Assembly: GCF_036321535.1 (NCBI RefSeq) | Contig: NC_087437.1 | Location: forward strand, 66,590,001 to 66,654,000 | Length of the DNA: 64,000 nucleotides | From: Camelus dromedarius | Taxonomy: Eukaryota | Direction of reading: 5' to 3' | In this document: positions 1 through 11,289 of the stretch, piece after piece | How the letters are laid out: every line of letters begins with the position of its first letter | How positions within the stretch are numbered: position 1 is the stretch's first letter | Made by a program: the position numbers and the translations under genes | The notes under the pieces: model-generated | What the model was told of the DNA's origin: nothing | What the model saw: the letters and a program-made list of their open reading frames with translations, nothing else | Databases searched by the model: none

Positions 1-623
1 GTGCCAGGTCTTATCTTGTCCTCTGGGGAGGTATGTTAAGTGCTCTGCCAGCCTGCCTGTGTGCCTGGCCTGTTTTTCCTCACTGCCAGTACCTCTTGGA
101 TTCCAATTCCAAACATGGTATCCGTCTGGGGTCACCCTTTCTTCCGGTGCCAAGAGAGACGCATTCCAAATGGAGCACAACTGTGCCTCCCGTGCTGGGC
201 TCTCTTCATTCTGTTCGGGGACAACAGAGAGCAGGATGTGGCCACTTGATTATCCTTTGCTGCTGAAGTTTTCAGCCCCAGAGTCCTGGCTTTTCCTCGG
301 GACAATTTAGGTGTCCTGCCCAGAGCCAAATGTGGACTGTCCTAAGAAATCTGGAGCCAAGGAAGCTCGCCAGAGCTCTGCGGGGAGGGCCAGAGCCTTG
401 CTGAAGCAAAGAGAGAGGAAGATAAGGTTTTCAGTTCTCCACAAAGTGGACTATGTTCTGCCATTCATTCCCACAGCTACCGGCAGCATTCCTCCCAGGA
501 AGGGTGGAGCAGGACGGGAGAAGCCGGAGGTGAGAAGACATCTGGGAGGACGGTGCATTCATTTTCTGAATTTCCCACGTGGGGACAGTCTCAGAGCCGA
601 CCAGGCTTTGAGGCGCTGGGAAG
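1..623 (+). promoter_or_regulatory. POPDC2 proximal promoter/5' UTR with cardiac/muscle TF motif cluster
   Basis: GATA CTTATCT 10-16 and AGATAAG 420-426; NKX2-5 TTAAGTG 36-42 and CCACTTGA 242-249; M-CAT/TEAD CATTCCA 162-168 and CATTCCT 487-493; CArG-like CCAAACATGG 109-118; T-box-like AGGTGT 309-314. TSS cannot be determined from sequence. Confidence 0.55.
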
Positions 624-1114
624 ATGAGCAGTAACGGCAGTGCGGTGGGCCAGCTCCTGCAGCCCGGGTCGCTGTGTGTCGGCTGGAGGCCGGATCTGGA
701 AGGGGCTGTCTACCACCTGGCCCACTGCTTCTTGCTCCTGGGCTTCATGGGGGGCAGTGGGGTGTACGGGTGCTTCTACCTCTTTGGCTTCCTGGGCACG
801 GGCTACCTGTGCTGTGTGCTGTGGGGCTGGTTCGGTGCCTGCGGCCTGGACGTCGTGCTCTGGAGCGTCCTGCTGGCCGTGGCCTGTGTGCTGCAGCTGG
901 CCCACCTGCTGTACCGCCTGCGCGAGGACGCCCTCCCCGAGGAGTTCGAGCTCCTCTACAAGACGCTGTGCCTGCCCCTGCAGGTGCCCCTGCCGGCGTA
1001 CCGGGAGGTGGTGCGCTGCTGTGAGGGGAAGGTCTTGACCCTGGCCACGGAGGAGACCTACGCCGTGGAGGGCGAGACACCCATTAACCGCCTGTCCCTG
1101 CTGCTCTCTGGCCG
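624..1114 (+). CDS. POPDC2: Popeye domain-containing protein 2, coding exon 1 (N-glycosylation sequon NGS, 3 TM helices, start of Popeye domain)
   Basis: ATG at 624 in aagATGa context. Translation MSSNGSAVGQ...VYHLAHCFLLLGFMGGSGVYGCFYLFGFL...YAVEGETPINRLSLLLSGR matches POPDC2. Donor CG|GTAAGC at 1114/1115; 491 nt, phase 2. Confidence 0.97.
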
Positions 1115-4100
1115 GTAAGCCCCTCTATCCCTGCCCAGCATTTCTTCCTTACACCAACACTTCTCATTTCCCACTGCAGGCCTTTCCATTTCGCGTCTCT
1201 TTCCACTGAGGAAGGATGTGGCCAGTCAGACCAAAATAGATTTTTCTAAGCATGAGCTTGCTTTCCCTTTCTTAGCATTTTCCATGAGAAAACTAGCTCA
1301 AGCAGCATCTTGGTTGGCAGGAAGGATTTGGTGTGCACTCGCCGCTAAGAGGGGTGGGGTGAGTGTTTCTTGAGCCTGGGTCTGAAATGACCACACACCA
1401 CATACACACACAAACACGTGCGCGCGCACCAGTGCGTCATACCTAGGCTGTGGCAATATCTCTGTAGGCTTTGGAAAACTGAACATTTCAATAAGATTAA
1501 TTTGTTCCTTCTTTATGCATTCAACATTTGGTAAGTGACAACTGTGTGCCAGGGAACAGTGCCAAAACAGAAGGGTTTTTTTTTGTAACCCATGTTTCTG
1601 CTAGGGCATCAAATATATTGGAGAATATCCTATGCAGACTCTATAGTAAAGCTGTTCTATATGCACCCAGGTGTGGAGCTATCCCTTGTGCACTTGTCCA
1701 TTCCTATCTAGCACATCAAGGAGTCAAGTCCTATAAATCTGAGGGCCAGACAGTGAGGGAAGAATAGTGATGCCCATGTGTACCTCTTTGAGGATATGGT
1801 GGGGATACCTGGCTGACACTTTTTAGGAGGCTGACAGACATTAGCAAAAATGGTCTTCATCAGGATTAGCTTACACCTGGTCAGGCTGCATGTAACTGTT
1901 GGCCATTGGCTGATCTCTTCTGAAAAAATACCATGGGGCTCTATGCTATGCATTTGGTAGGCAATTGTGAATTCTTTGAAATATTGCCCTCGTGGGACTT
2001 ATATGTGGAGCTGAGCATCAGACAGTAAGTATCTCAGCCTGGCATACTTGGGCTGGCTCTCCGGAAAGCAGCAGAATATTTCAAAAGCTTTGTACTTAAT
2101 TTCCTCTTTTCTGCTTTTTTACGACCAGGAGAAGGTGATAGAAAGATAAGATAGTAATCAGAAGGCTCAGACTCCAAGAAAAAAAAAAAAAAAGAAACCA
2201 GATAAGACTGCCAGCCACACAGTAGGAAAAAAACAGTTTGACATTGATGATGATGGCACTACAACTATTGCTACTGCTAGTAATGGTATGCATTTAGGTA
2301 TTAACATTTGGAATCAAAAGTGTGATGTATACATGTTTTTATTTTGTTTGGACTCTGAGGTCCTGGGTTGAATGAGCTATGAAGTTTTGTGGGGAGACCT
2401 TTCATTTCATTTATGAGTGAATCGAAGTGTAAACAAATGCAATTATTTGTAAGCAAATACATGTGTAAATACAAATACATTATGAATAGTGCCAAAATGT
2501 TTGCCACCTACAGCTCCATGCTTAAAATAAAGACAATTTAGGAAATATGCTCATTCAATGAGATCCATGATGTTGTTTGCTCCTAATAGCTCCTCTGTTC
2601 AAAGGAGGGGCTTGAGACTGGAGGAAGAAACACCCATTGCACAGTATGGTGCTCATTTATGGAAGTATATCATGATTATTGCACGGTTCAGGTATCCTTT
2701 ATATGATGGATTTACCATGAACTTGTAGAAGACCAAGTCCCTGTGAAGAGAAGGGGGGCTTGTCTGTTCAGTGTGGCTTTTCCTAGTATACTTCACATCA
2801 AAAATACAAGTCAAAAATTAGACATTGATTTTTTTTTCTTGCATTTCAAGGTTTGGAGTAAGAGTTTTGTTTAAATATCTTTTTCATTGTCAACTTTCTC
2901 AGCTTCACTAAGTTGGAGCTGGGGGAAGAGGCTTCTAGTCTATGACCAGGCTCTGGCTCCAGAGGAGAATCATTGTACCTTTGACCAGTTATAGTGAGCT
3001 ACCAAACATCTGGAAGCAACAGATAAGAACTTCATGCCAGGAAGTGGGAGCATTTTGTGGAGACCTCCCAGGCTCACATACAGACTCTCATCTGGAGCCC
3101 TTTACTGAAACCTAGACATCCTTAAGTCCTTTTTGTTTTATTTTCATAAAGGCAATCAGTCCCTTTCAAGACTCAGAAAGGCAAAGTGGCTTCCTCCAAG
3201 TTTATCACCCTGTTAAGCTGTGCTTACTGTTGGAGAGTTTCTCTCATATAAAATCCAAAGCATGAATTCCCACACGCAAATTACCTGTTGTCCAGGAGAT
3301 CAAGAAGGAAGTAGAGACTGGAAAGGTAAAGGAAATGGTTACAAGGTGCTTCAGGGGGCCATGCAGGCTCATTAGGTGTTACTCATTCTCTAAAACATTG
3401 TCCATCCTCAGTGGTTGCTTGGGTGGCCAGATTCCTTGCTTGAGGAGATGATGGGAGGATCCAACGTGTGCACGTGTGGGCAAGCAGCAGCCTCATTCTC
3501 TCCTGTTGTCTGTCTTCCTTTGTTAGAGAAGCTTTTCCTTGAGGTTTTCACCCCCTTCATGGTGACACAGTGAGTTCGTTTGTTTGATGGTCCCTTCCTT
3601 CTTCCTTTCCTTTCTCCCTTCCTTCCTCTCAGTTTTAAAATGTGAAAACTGTTGTCCTTGTACTTGTGGCGCTTACAGTCTATCAAGAGAGTCACCAGTG
3701 CATGTTTGACATGGTGGTGAATAACAGACATGGGATTTCCAAGGAGAAAGGGCAAGTGCAATGACAGCATGTAATAGATAAGACTTCCTGGAGGAAGGAA
3801 TGTTTAAGCTGAGACCTGAAGAGAAGGTGGGGATTGGGAAGAGGGCCAGCTGGAGTGGACAGAATATGTGAAGACCATGAGGTAGGAGAGCATGGCACTT
3901 CGTTTTCTCTTGTATCCTTTCATTACTCAGGGAAATTCTGCTAGCTAGCTTCATACATTAGCAGGTCTTGTAGGAACAAGTGTGTTTCTGCCACCAGAGA
4001 ATAGGGGTTGACACCACATCCTTGGCTTGGTTTGAGGCCTATATCCTTTCTGTCTTCCACCTTTAGGTTGTCAGATACTACACAATAGCTTATTAACTGA

Positions 4101-4898
4101 TGGTGGTTTTTGGTAATTCCATGCATACATATATATCTAGGCATTCACTAGGAGCAAGATGTGGAGTGCTAATATCCCCTTGGCCATAATTTAATCATAA
4201 GGTTATACTTAGCTGCAAGGGAGGCACGGAAATGTAGTCTAGCTGGGCAGGCATGAGCTCAGCTAGAATTCCAGTACTATGGAGGAAGGGAAAAAGCAGA
4301 TATTGGAGAACAGAATTCCATACTGTTCCCAGCTCTCCATTCATCCCCATCCTGATCTACTTCTCTCACTGTCTTACTCATCCTTTAAAACTCAGCTCAA
4401 ATGTCATCTTTGAGAAGTCTTCCACTCAGAGAGAGCCATCCTCTCTCCCTTCTCTAGTCTCCAGTCCCACACATGGACTTACAGCCAGTTGTTTGTGTGC
4501 CTGTGCCTTCCACTAAACTGTGAAATCCTTAAGGGCAAGGATCAGATCATCTCTCCATACCTAGACTTCCAGGAACACAGCAGGTGCTCCATGTATATTT
4601 GTTTAGCCAATAAAGCTCCAGAAAAAAATGGAATGATAGCTCCTTCCAAATGGACAGGATGTACTTTAGAAATCTTTTTATTTGCCCCCTTTTCCTGATA
4701 GAGACACTTTCTTTCCTGATATAACTGACGTTAGAAGAGAGGTTGAAGCTGAGACTCTGAGTTTTCTGGGGAAAAGAGGAAAACACTCATACTGAATCCC
4801 AATCATTTTCCATTTTTTTTAAGGTGTGATTTAGACTCCGAAGAGGATTTGGATACCACTTCCCTTTTCCCACACAGTCTCTTCTCTCCCTTTGCCAG

Positions 4899-5007
4899 GG
4901 TTCGTGTGAGCCAGGATGGGCAGTTTCTGCACTACATCTTTCCTTACCAGTTCATGGACTCTCCTGAGTGGGAATCGCTGCACCCCTCTGAGGAGGGGGT
5001 CTTCCAG
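4899..5007 (+). CDS. POPDC2: POPDC2 coding exon 2 (cAMP phosphate-binding cassette, DSPE and FQ)
   Basis: Polypyrimidine tract plus ccAG acceptor (4897-4898). Encodes (R)VRVSQDGQFLHYIFPYQFMDSPEWESLHPSEEGVFQ. Donor CAG|GTAATG; 109 nt, cumulative 600 nt in frame. Confidence 0.97.
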
Positions 5008-6039
5008 GTAATGGGAGCCCCATGGCAGCGCGGCCAGCCCATCCTACTGTAACTTGGCGATAGCTCCCCCTCCATATTCCGCCTCTTCCATCTATCCTTT
5101 GAGCCAATGCCCATATGATGCCTGAGGTGGGAGCATTCTCCTTCCATGGGAAGAGTACCTGGGTGGGGTGATGCTGATCCCCGAAAAGGGGGCCATGTCA
5201 CTCTTGTGCCTAAAACTCTTTCTGAAGACCCCAGTGATCACAAGATAACAACCCATGCTCCTTAGAGAGCAACTTAAGACCTTTAGTGACATCCAGCCGC
5301 ATCTCCAGCCCCTTCCTTCCTCATACTTCCTGCTCATACCAGCCATGCTGAACTTCTAGTATTTCCCTAAACACACCACATTGCTCTGCAATGGCCATGC
5401 CTCGGCTTCTATCTGAAACGCACTTCCCTCATCCAGATGAGGCTATGGCATCTCACTTCCTCTGAAGCCTGCCCAGGCTGCCGTCACCAGCTTCCACCTC
5501 CACTTGCTGCCTGCAGGACTTTTCTATTCCTTTCACTACTCTGACTGCACACATATTGCCCTCTCTTCTAACGATCTGGTTTCCTTTCTAGTAAACTCTT
5601 TGAGGTAGAAACCTGGGCTTCTTCTCTCCATCCCCCGGCTCCAAGGGCAGTACCTTGAACACAGTAGTAGGTGTTCAGTAAAGGTTGGCTGAACTGGCTT
5701 GGCAGCAGGCGGTGGGTGTCTCAGAGGGCTTCCTAGGGCGCTCACATACACGCTCCAAGGGCAGGGTCTGGCTGCCTGAGAGCCCTCCTCTCTTCTCTGC
5801 CGATCCTTCAGATTTTGATGACCTTCTCTGTAGTCCTCACTTACTGAATGGCTAGCATGTGGCAGATACAACCTATTTCATTGCATTATTGATTCTCCCA
5901 ACAACCCTCTGGGCTGGATATTGTTATTAACCTGTTGAACAGGTGAGGAAAGTAAGGCTCAGAACCTCAAGTAATTTGTCCAAGGTCTTCATCTAGAAAG
6001 TGGCAGGGCTAAGTTGCCTGGCTCCATTATTTCTATTCT

Positions 6040-6465
6040 TCTTCTTTTTCTTTTTTAATGTACTAGATTTTATTTATTTATTTATTTTATTGAAGTATAG
6101 TTGGTTTATAATGTTGTGTTGATTTCTGGTGTACAGCATAGTGATTAGGTTTTTTATATATATTCCTTTTCATATTCTTTTTCCTTATAGGCCATTACAA
6201 AGTATTGAATATAATTCCCTGGGCTATACAGTAGGACATTGTTGTTTATCTATTTTATATACAGTAGTTAGTATCTGCAAACCCCAAACTCTCAATTTAT
6301 CCTTCCACCCTCTCTTCCTCCTCAGTAACCATAAGTTTGTTTTCTATGTCTGTGAGTCTGTTTCTGTTTTGTAAATAAGTTCATTAGTGTCATTTTTTTA
6401 AGATTCCACATATAAGTGACATTATATGGTATTTTTCTTTCTCTTTCTGTCTTATTTCACTTAAT
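6040..6465 (-). mobile_element. 5'-truncated L1 3' end (laurasiatherian type)
   Basis: Poly(T)/ttta tail, then ttgaagtatagttggtttataatgttgtgttgatttctggtgtacagc...ttagattccacatataagtga...cttatttcactta, typical of an L1 3' UTR/ORF2 end in reverse. Confidence 0.85.
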
Positions 6466-7599
6466 TTTACATCTATTCTTTTTTAAAATGGGAGGGTTAC
6501 CAGGAGAGTGGAGTTTGCATACACACACCATTATAAGGGCTCCCCTGTCCAGATAGTTTGCCAGTACTGAGTTCCCTGTGTCTCCTACCAGTTCTATCAG
6601 GGAGTCCCTCAGGCGAGCATACGAGCCAAACTCAGAATAGACACAAGCCAGGCAGTGCCACCTGGCTGGGCCTGCTTCCGCACCACCCTGACTCTTGAGG
6701 GGCAATCCTGATCCTACTGCCAGGACCACCAGCCACAGACCCCCTCCCAATGTATTCCTCCCCCACCACACACATTCATGTCCTCACCAACCAGCCTAGC
6801 AGTCTCCTTTGAGAACTCCCCCAGCGCCATAAGAACCTTCAGGAGGGCTGAGTCAGGTCCTAAGCCAGCCGGAATAGGCTCTGTTTCTGACACTGACACC
6901 AAGGAACAGGTGGTGGATAAGCCGGGTGTCCTCCCCTAAGTTATGCTTGAAAGGAAGGGCCGTAACCCCAGATGGCCTCTCAGCCTGAATGTAGGGACCA
7001 TCATATTCTTCCCATCTGTATTTTTAGCATGCATCTCCTTTGGGAGCAATGAGTTCCACACATTTGCTGTTGGCTCTGTAAAGTCCCATTTCCTCTTTGC
7101 AAATGTCAAGTGTTGTTTTCGGTTGTAGTTCATCTTGTCCTTGCCTTTTGCAATTGCACAGTCTATTTATTGACTAACAGGGAAATCCACAGTGACTAGA
7201 TGAATCATAATTCTTATTGAACTTACCACAAGTGAGTCAACATCCCATCATACCTCTCAAGAATTCAATTAAATAATGATGTATTTATTGACTGTTAAAC
7301 ACTGTGACCTTCTCATCAGTCACCAAGAACATAGCTTGGGAAGGATCACACAGAAATCATCATTGTTTCTCTAGTTTGCATCCCCTTCTTACATATATCA
7401 TCTCATTTAATCCATTCAACCAGCCTCAAAGGTGAGAATTAAAGAAAAACTTGTCAAAATTTTATTATACATGTGTGCGTGTATATGTGGAAACCAGTCA
7501 ATCCACAGGTTTCCCGAAGACCTTTGGGAAGGATTTTATACAGGACGTGAGAAAATGACATCAGGTTGCTTTGCAATATATAAGATTGATAGTTTTCAT

Positions 7600-9100
7600 C
7601 TGATTCATTCATTTCAGTAATATTTATTGAGCATTATTATATCCTGGGCACTATTAAAGGTACTTGGAATATATCAGTGAACAGAACAGCTGAAAGTCCC
7701 TGCCTTCATGCAATTTATATTCTAGTAGGGGAGACAAAAAATAAGCCATAGACATAATGAATAAGTAAATTATGTAATATGTTAAAAGATAATAACTTCT
7801 AATAAAAGAAAATTAGAGTGGCATAAGGGAGATATACAGTTGACCCTCGAACAACTTGGGAGGTAGGGGCGCCAACCTCTGTGCAGTAGAAAATCCATGT
7901 ATAATTTATAGTCCCAACCTCCATATATATGATTTGCCCAAATCCAGGGTTCCACATCCTTGGATTCAACCAACTGGCCGATTGTGTAGTACTTTAGTAT
8001 TCACTATTAAAAAACCTGCATTTAAGTGGACCCATGCAGTTGAAATCCATGTTGTTCAAGGATCTACTGTAGTTGCAATTTTAAATAGGATGGTCATGGA
8101 AGTCTTTGCTGAACACGTGACATCTGAGCAACGATCTGAGGGGGTTGGCAGTGTAAACTCTGAGAACATTTGGGGGAACAGCATATTAGATAGAGGGAAG
8201 AGCCAGTGCAAAATCTGAGTGGTAGGAGGGACTAGCATGTTTGGGGTACAGAAAGGAGGCCAATGTGGCTGGAACAGAGAGATGGAGCGGGGAGAATGGC
8301 AGGAGATGAAGTCAGAGAGGTGATGAGGGGACACATCATCAAGGGCCAGAGTACATATTTTCTATATAGAGCCAAAAGGATTTTCTAACACTTCGGATGT
8401 AGTGTGAGAGAAAGAAGATTAAGAAAAAATCTCAGCCTCAGCGACTGGAAGGATGAAGCTGCCATCGACTGAAAAAAGGAAGGCTGCAGATAGCGCTGGT
8501 CTGGGGAGGAGAGAAGTCCCACTTAGGCTATGCTAGATCTGTGTAGTCAATGGATATTTATATGGAGATGCATGTAGGCAGTTGCATATTTGAGTATGGA
8601 ATTAAGGAATAAGGCCTGAGCTTGAGACAAGTTTGGGAGTCATTGGCATACAGACGGTATATATAAATCCATTGGACTGGATGAGATCACCAAGTGAATG
8701 AGTGTAGACAGAGAAGAGGTTCAAGAACACACCAAACCTGGGATACTCTAGCATTTAGAAGTTGGAGAGAAAAACAAGAAGCAGCAAAGGAAGCTGAAAG
8801 GGACAAACTGGGAGATTATACTAGGAGAGGGTGGCATCCTGGGAACCAAGTAAAGTGCGTCAAAGAGGAGGGACTGGACACTGTGAAAACTGACCACCAG
8901 ACTCAGAAACATGGAGGTCATTGCTGACTTTACCAGGGGCAGTTTGTGGACCATGGGGGCAAAGCCTTGCTGGTTGAAGAGAGAGTGTGAGGAGAGGAAT
9001 TGGTAAAAGCAGGTATAGATAACTCCTTCATGGAGTTTTGCTGAAAAGGAGAGCAAAGCAATGGAGTGATAGCTAGCCAAGGAAGTGAAGAAAAAAGATT
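7600..9100 (-). mobile_element. L2 LINE remnant interrupted by a Tigger MITE
   Basis: Begins ttcattcatttcagtaatatttattgagc (reverse of the L2 3' tail); purine-rich L2-like body continues after 8071. Ends are approximate. Confidence 0.75.
7837..8069. mobile_element. Tigger2-type (TcMar) MITE, 233 bp
   Basis: TIRs CAGTTGACCCTCGAACAAC ... GTTGTTCAAGGATCTACTG (16/19 complementary), flanked by a TA duplication at 7835-7836 and 8070-8071. Confidence 0.9.
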
Positions 9101-10065
9101 TTCATTTTAAAATTTTGATTTATTTTAAAATGGAAGAAGTAACAGCATGCCCATAAGAATGCCCCCAGTCTTTGTGTTCAGTCTTGAGGAAGTTGTTTGT
9201 GTCCACATTAGCTGTTACACTCACCTGCTTCATGAGGGGTACTCTGCTTTCTTGTTTGGGAATTCTTAGTAAGACGGAAGTATGGGTTATGGCAAATGTG
9301 GCAACGACCTGCTGAACTCTTAGTAATGGATGAATTGTGAGTACCACTTTCCGAATTCTTTCTCATAAGACCAGAGAGATTAAGCAACTTGTCTGCTGTT
9401 ACACAGCTGGTAAAGGGGTAAAACTGGAACTTGAAACTAGCTTCTGGTCTTGATGAGGTAATCTAGAGCCCTGACTTCAGTGCTAATGACTATGGGGATG
9501 GGGAGGAGCTGAGAGGAGGAAATGAATGAAGGGAAGGGAGGAGGGGTACTGTGGGGGCGGGGAGGGGAGGAGAGGGGAAGATCTGGGAAAATGAAATAAA
9601 AGGATTATGTACAATCTCTACTAAAGAATGTTTGGAAAGCCAACTCTACCTTTAATGAGATAATCCACATAAAGGACTTAACACAATGCCTGGCATATGG
9701 TCGCCTCTCAGTAAATGTTAGTGGCTGTCTTCCTCCTCCTCCTCATTGCCAGTGTCTATTCACACATCTGCATCATGAGCTCTGCTGACCTGCTCACTTT
9801 TAAAGTAGTATGGCCAGAGTATAAAGAATTGTGTGATTCTACACCTTTTTCCTTTACTGTCTTAAGCATGTTTTCATTTGAACCCTAGCTTTACCACTCA
9901 CCATTGTTTTAACAAGGGTTTAGCGAGCACCTACTGTGTTATTGACCCTGCAGGTGTAATTTAGCTTTGCATCATGGGCACATAGTGAGTGCCCAGAAAT
10001 TCCTAATGTCTAAATAAGTGGGGAGTAGAGTACCCTTTGACTTTGTGCCTTTAAGAGGTCCTCTT

Positions 10066-10172
10066 TGGAGCATAACTTTTAAACGTTCTGAATCACTATG
10101 TTGTACGCCTGGAACTTATATAATATTGTACAGCAACTGCACCTCAATTAAGAAAAATACAATAAGAAAAAC
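10066..10172 (+). mobile_element. Short L1 3' tip with target-site duplication
   Basis: gaatcactatgttgtacgcctggaacttatataatattgtacagcaactgcacctcaatt plus A-rich tail. TSD aagaggtcctctt 10053-10065 / aagagttcctctt 10173-10185. Confidence 0.75.
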
Positions 10173-10782
10173 AAGAGTTCCTCTTCCTCTTTGCCCTTTT
10201 TCTGACTTCAGCCATCAGATCCATCTGGTTACCTGTAGTGCCCGAGTCAAGAGCAACTCATGGGCCTAAATCCCCGGCCAGCGTTCTGTCCACCTGATGC
10301 AGCCTGGCACACTTAATCAGAGGCTCTTCCCTAACTGAAATTCTTTCCAATTATGTTTTGTGTTCCTATTCCAATATATTATCCCTTTTTTCCCTTAAAC
10401 TGTCATCAGCATTCTGACCTTTCTTCTGAGCACTAGGAGGCCCCTTCTCTATCTTAAAATCACAAGAAGCTCAGAACCTTCCGAATTAGCCGTGGGACAT
10501 AGAGTATGAGAGCTGAGGAGGCTGGAGGTGGAAACAGGCTCCAGGAAGTGAGGGCCCAGTGAGGGAATGGCTGATCTCAGGGCTCCTAGCAAGCACCCCT
10601 CAACCCCATCAGTGAACACAGTAAGGTGTTCATTGAACCTCTTCCTCTTCCATGGAGGGGGACTTCCACAGCTTCTTCAGTAAAAGTGCAGCTGTTTGCC
10701 AAGTAACTGTGTCTTTCTCTGTGCTAAGCATGGACACATTTTCTAGTTTCAACCTTCACTCTCTGCTCCTGACCCGTTTCAG

Positions 10783-11289
10783 GTCACTCTGACAGCTGAG
10801 ACCGAATGTAGCTACATTTCCTGGCCCCGGAAAAGTCTCCACCTTCTTCTGACCAAAGAGCGATACCTCTCTCGCCTCTTCTCGGCCCTGCTGGGCTATG
10901 ACATCTCAGAGAAGCTCTATGCGCTCAATGACAAGCTCTTTGCTAAGTTCGGGCTGCGTTTTGACATCCGTCTCCCCAGCCTCTACCATGTCCTGGGTCC
11001 TGCCGCCTCAGAGGCAGGACCAGAGTCGGAGAAGGATGACGAGGAAGTCCGGGAGCCAGCCGCGTCCCCTCCTCAGGCCCGGCCCACATCTGTCCGGCAA
11101 ACACCCCCCAGCTCTCCCTCGCCGGCAGCCACCAACCCTCCGGCACCTCCTCCCTGGGCCAGGACGTCCAGGCCCGACAGCGGCGTCCTGGGTGAGGACT
11201 CCACCAGTCTGGTGCTGGAGGATTTTGAGGAGGTGTCAGGATCAGAGTCATTCATGGATTATAGGAGTGATGGGGAGTACATGAGGTGA
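10783..11289 (+). CDS. POPDC2: POPDC2 coding exon 3, long form ending in TGA (368-aa isoform); an internal donor after 11191 is used by the 364-aa isoform
   Basis: Acceptor tttcAG (10781-10782). Encodes VTLTAETECSYISWPRKSLHLLLTKERYLSRLFSALLGYDISEKLYALNDKLFAKFGLRFDIRLPSLYHVLGP...RPDSGVLGEDSTSLVLEDFEEVSGSESFMDYRSDGEYMR*. Total CDS 1107 nt. Confidence 0.95.
   Translation, partial: VTLTAETECSYISWPRKSLHLLLTKERYLSRLFSALLGYDISEKLYALNDKLFAKFGLRFDIRLPSLYHVLGPAASEAGPESEKDDEEVREPAASPPQARPTSVRQTPPSSPSPAATNPPAPPPWARTSRPDSGVLGEDSTSLVLEDFEEVSGSESFMDYRSDGEYMR

Noticed and set aside
453..533. Upstream ATG with a short ORF before POPDC2
   Set aside because: The TSS is unknown and the ORF may lie outside the mRNA; weak start context.
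591..1080. Overlapping ORFs 591-905(-), 640-1038(+), 674-1024(+), 745-1080(-)
   Set aside because: Shadow frames of the GC-rich POPDC2 exon 1; R/P/G/A-rich with no recognisable family.
10898..11284. 128-aa alternative-frame ORF in POPDC2 exon 3 and antisense ORFs
   Set aside because: Out of frame with the real CDS, internal to an exon, with no independent support.
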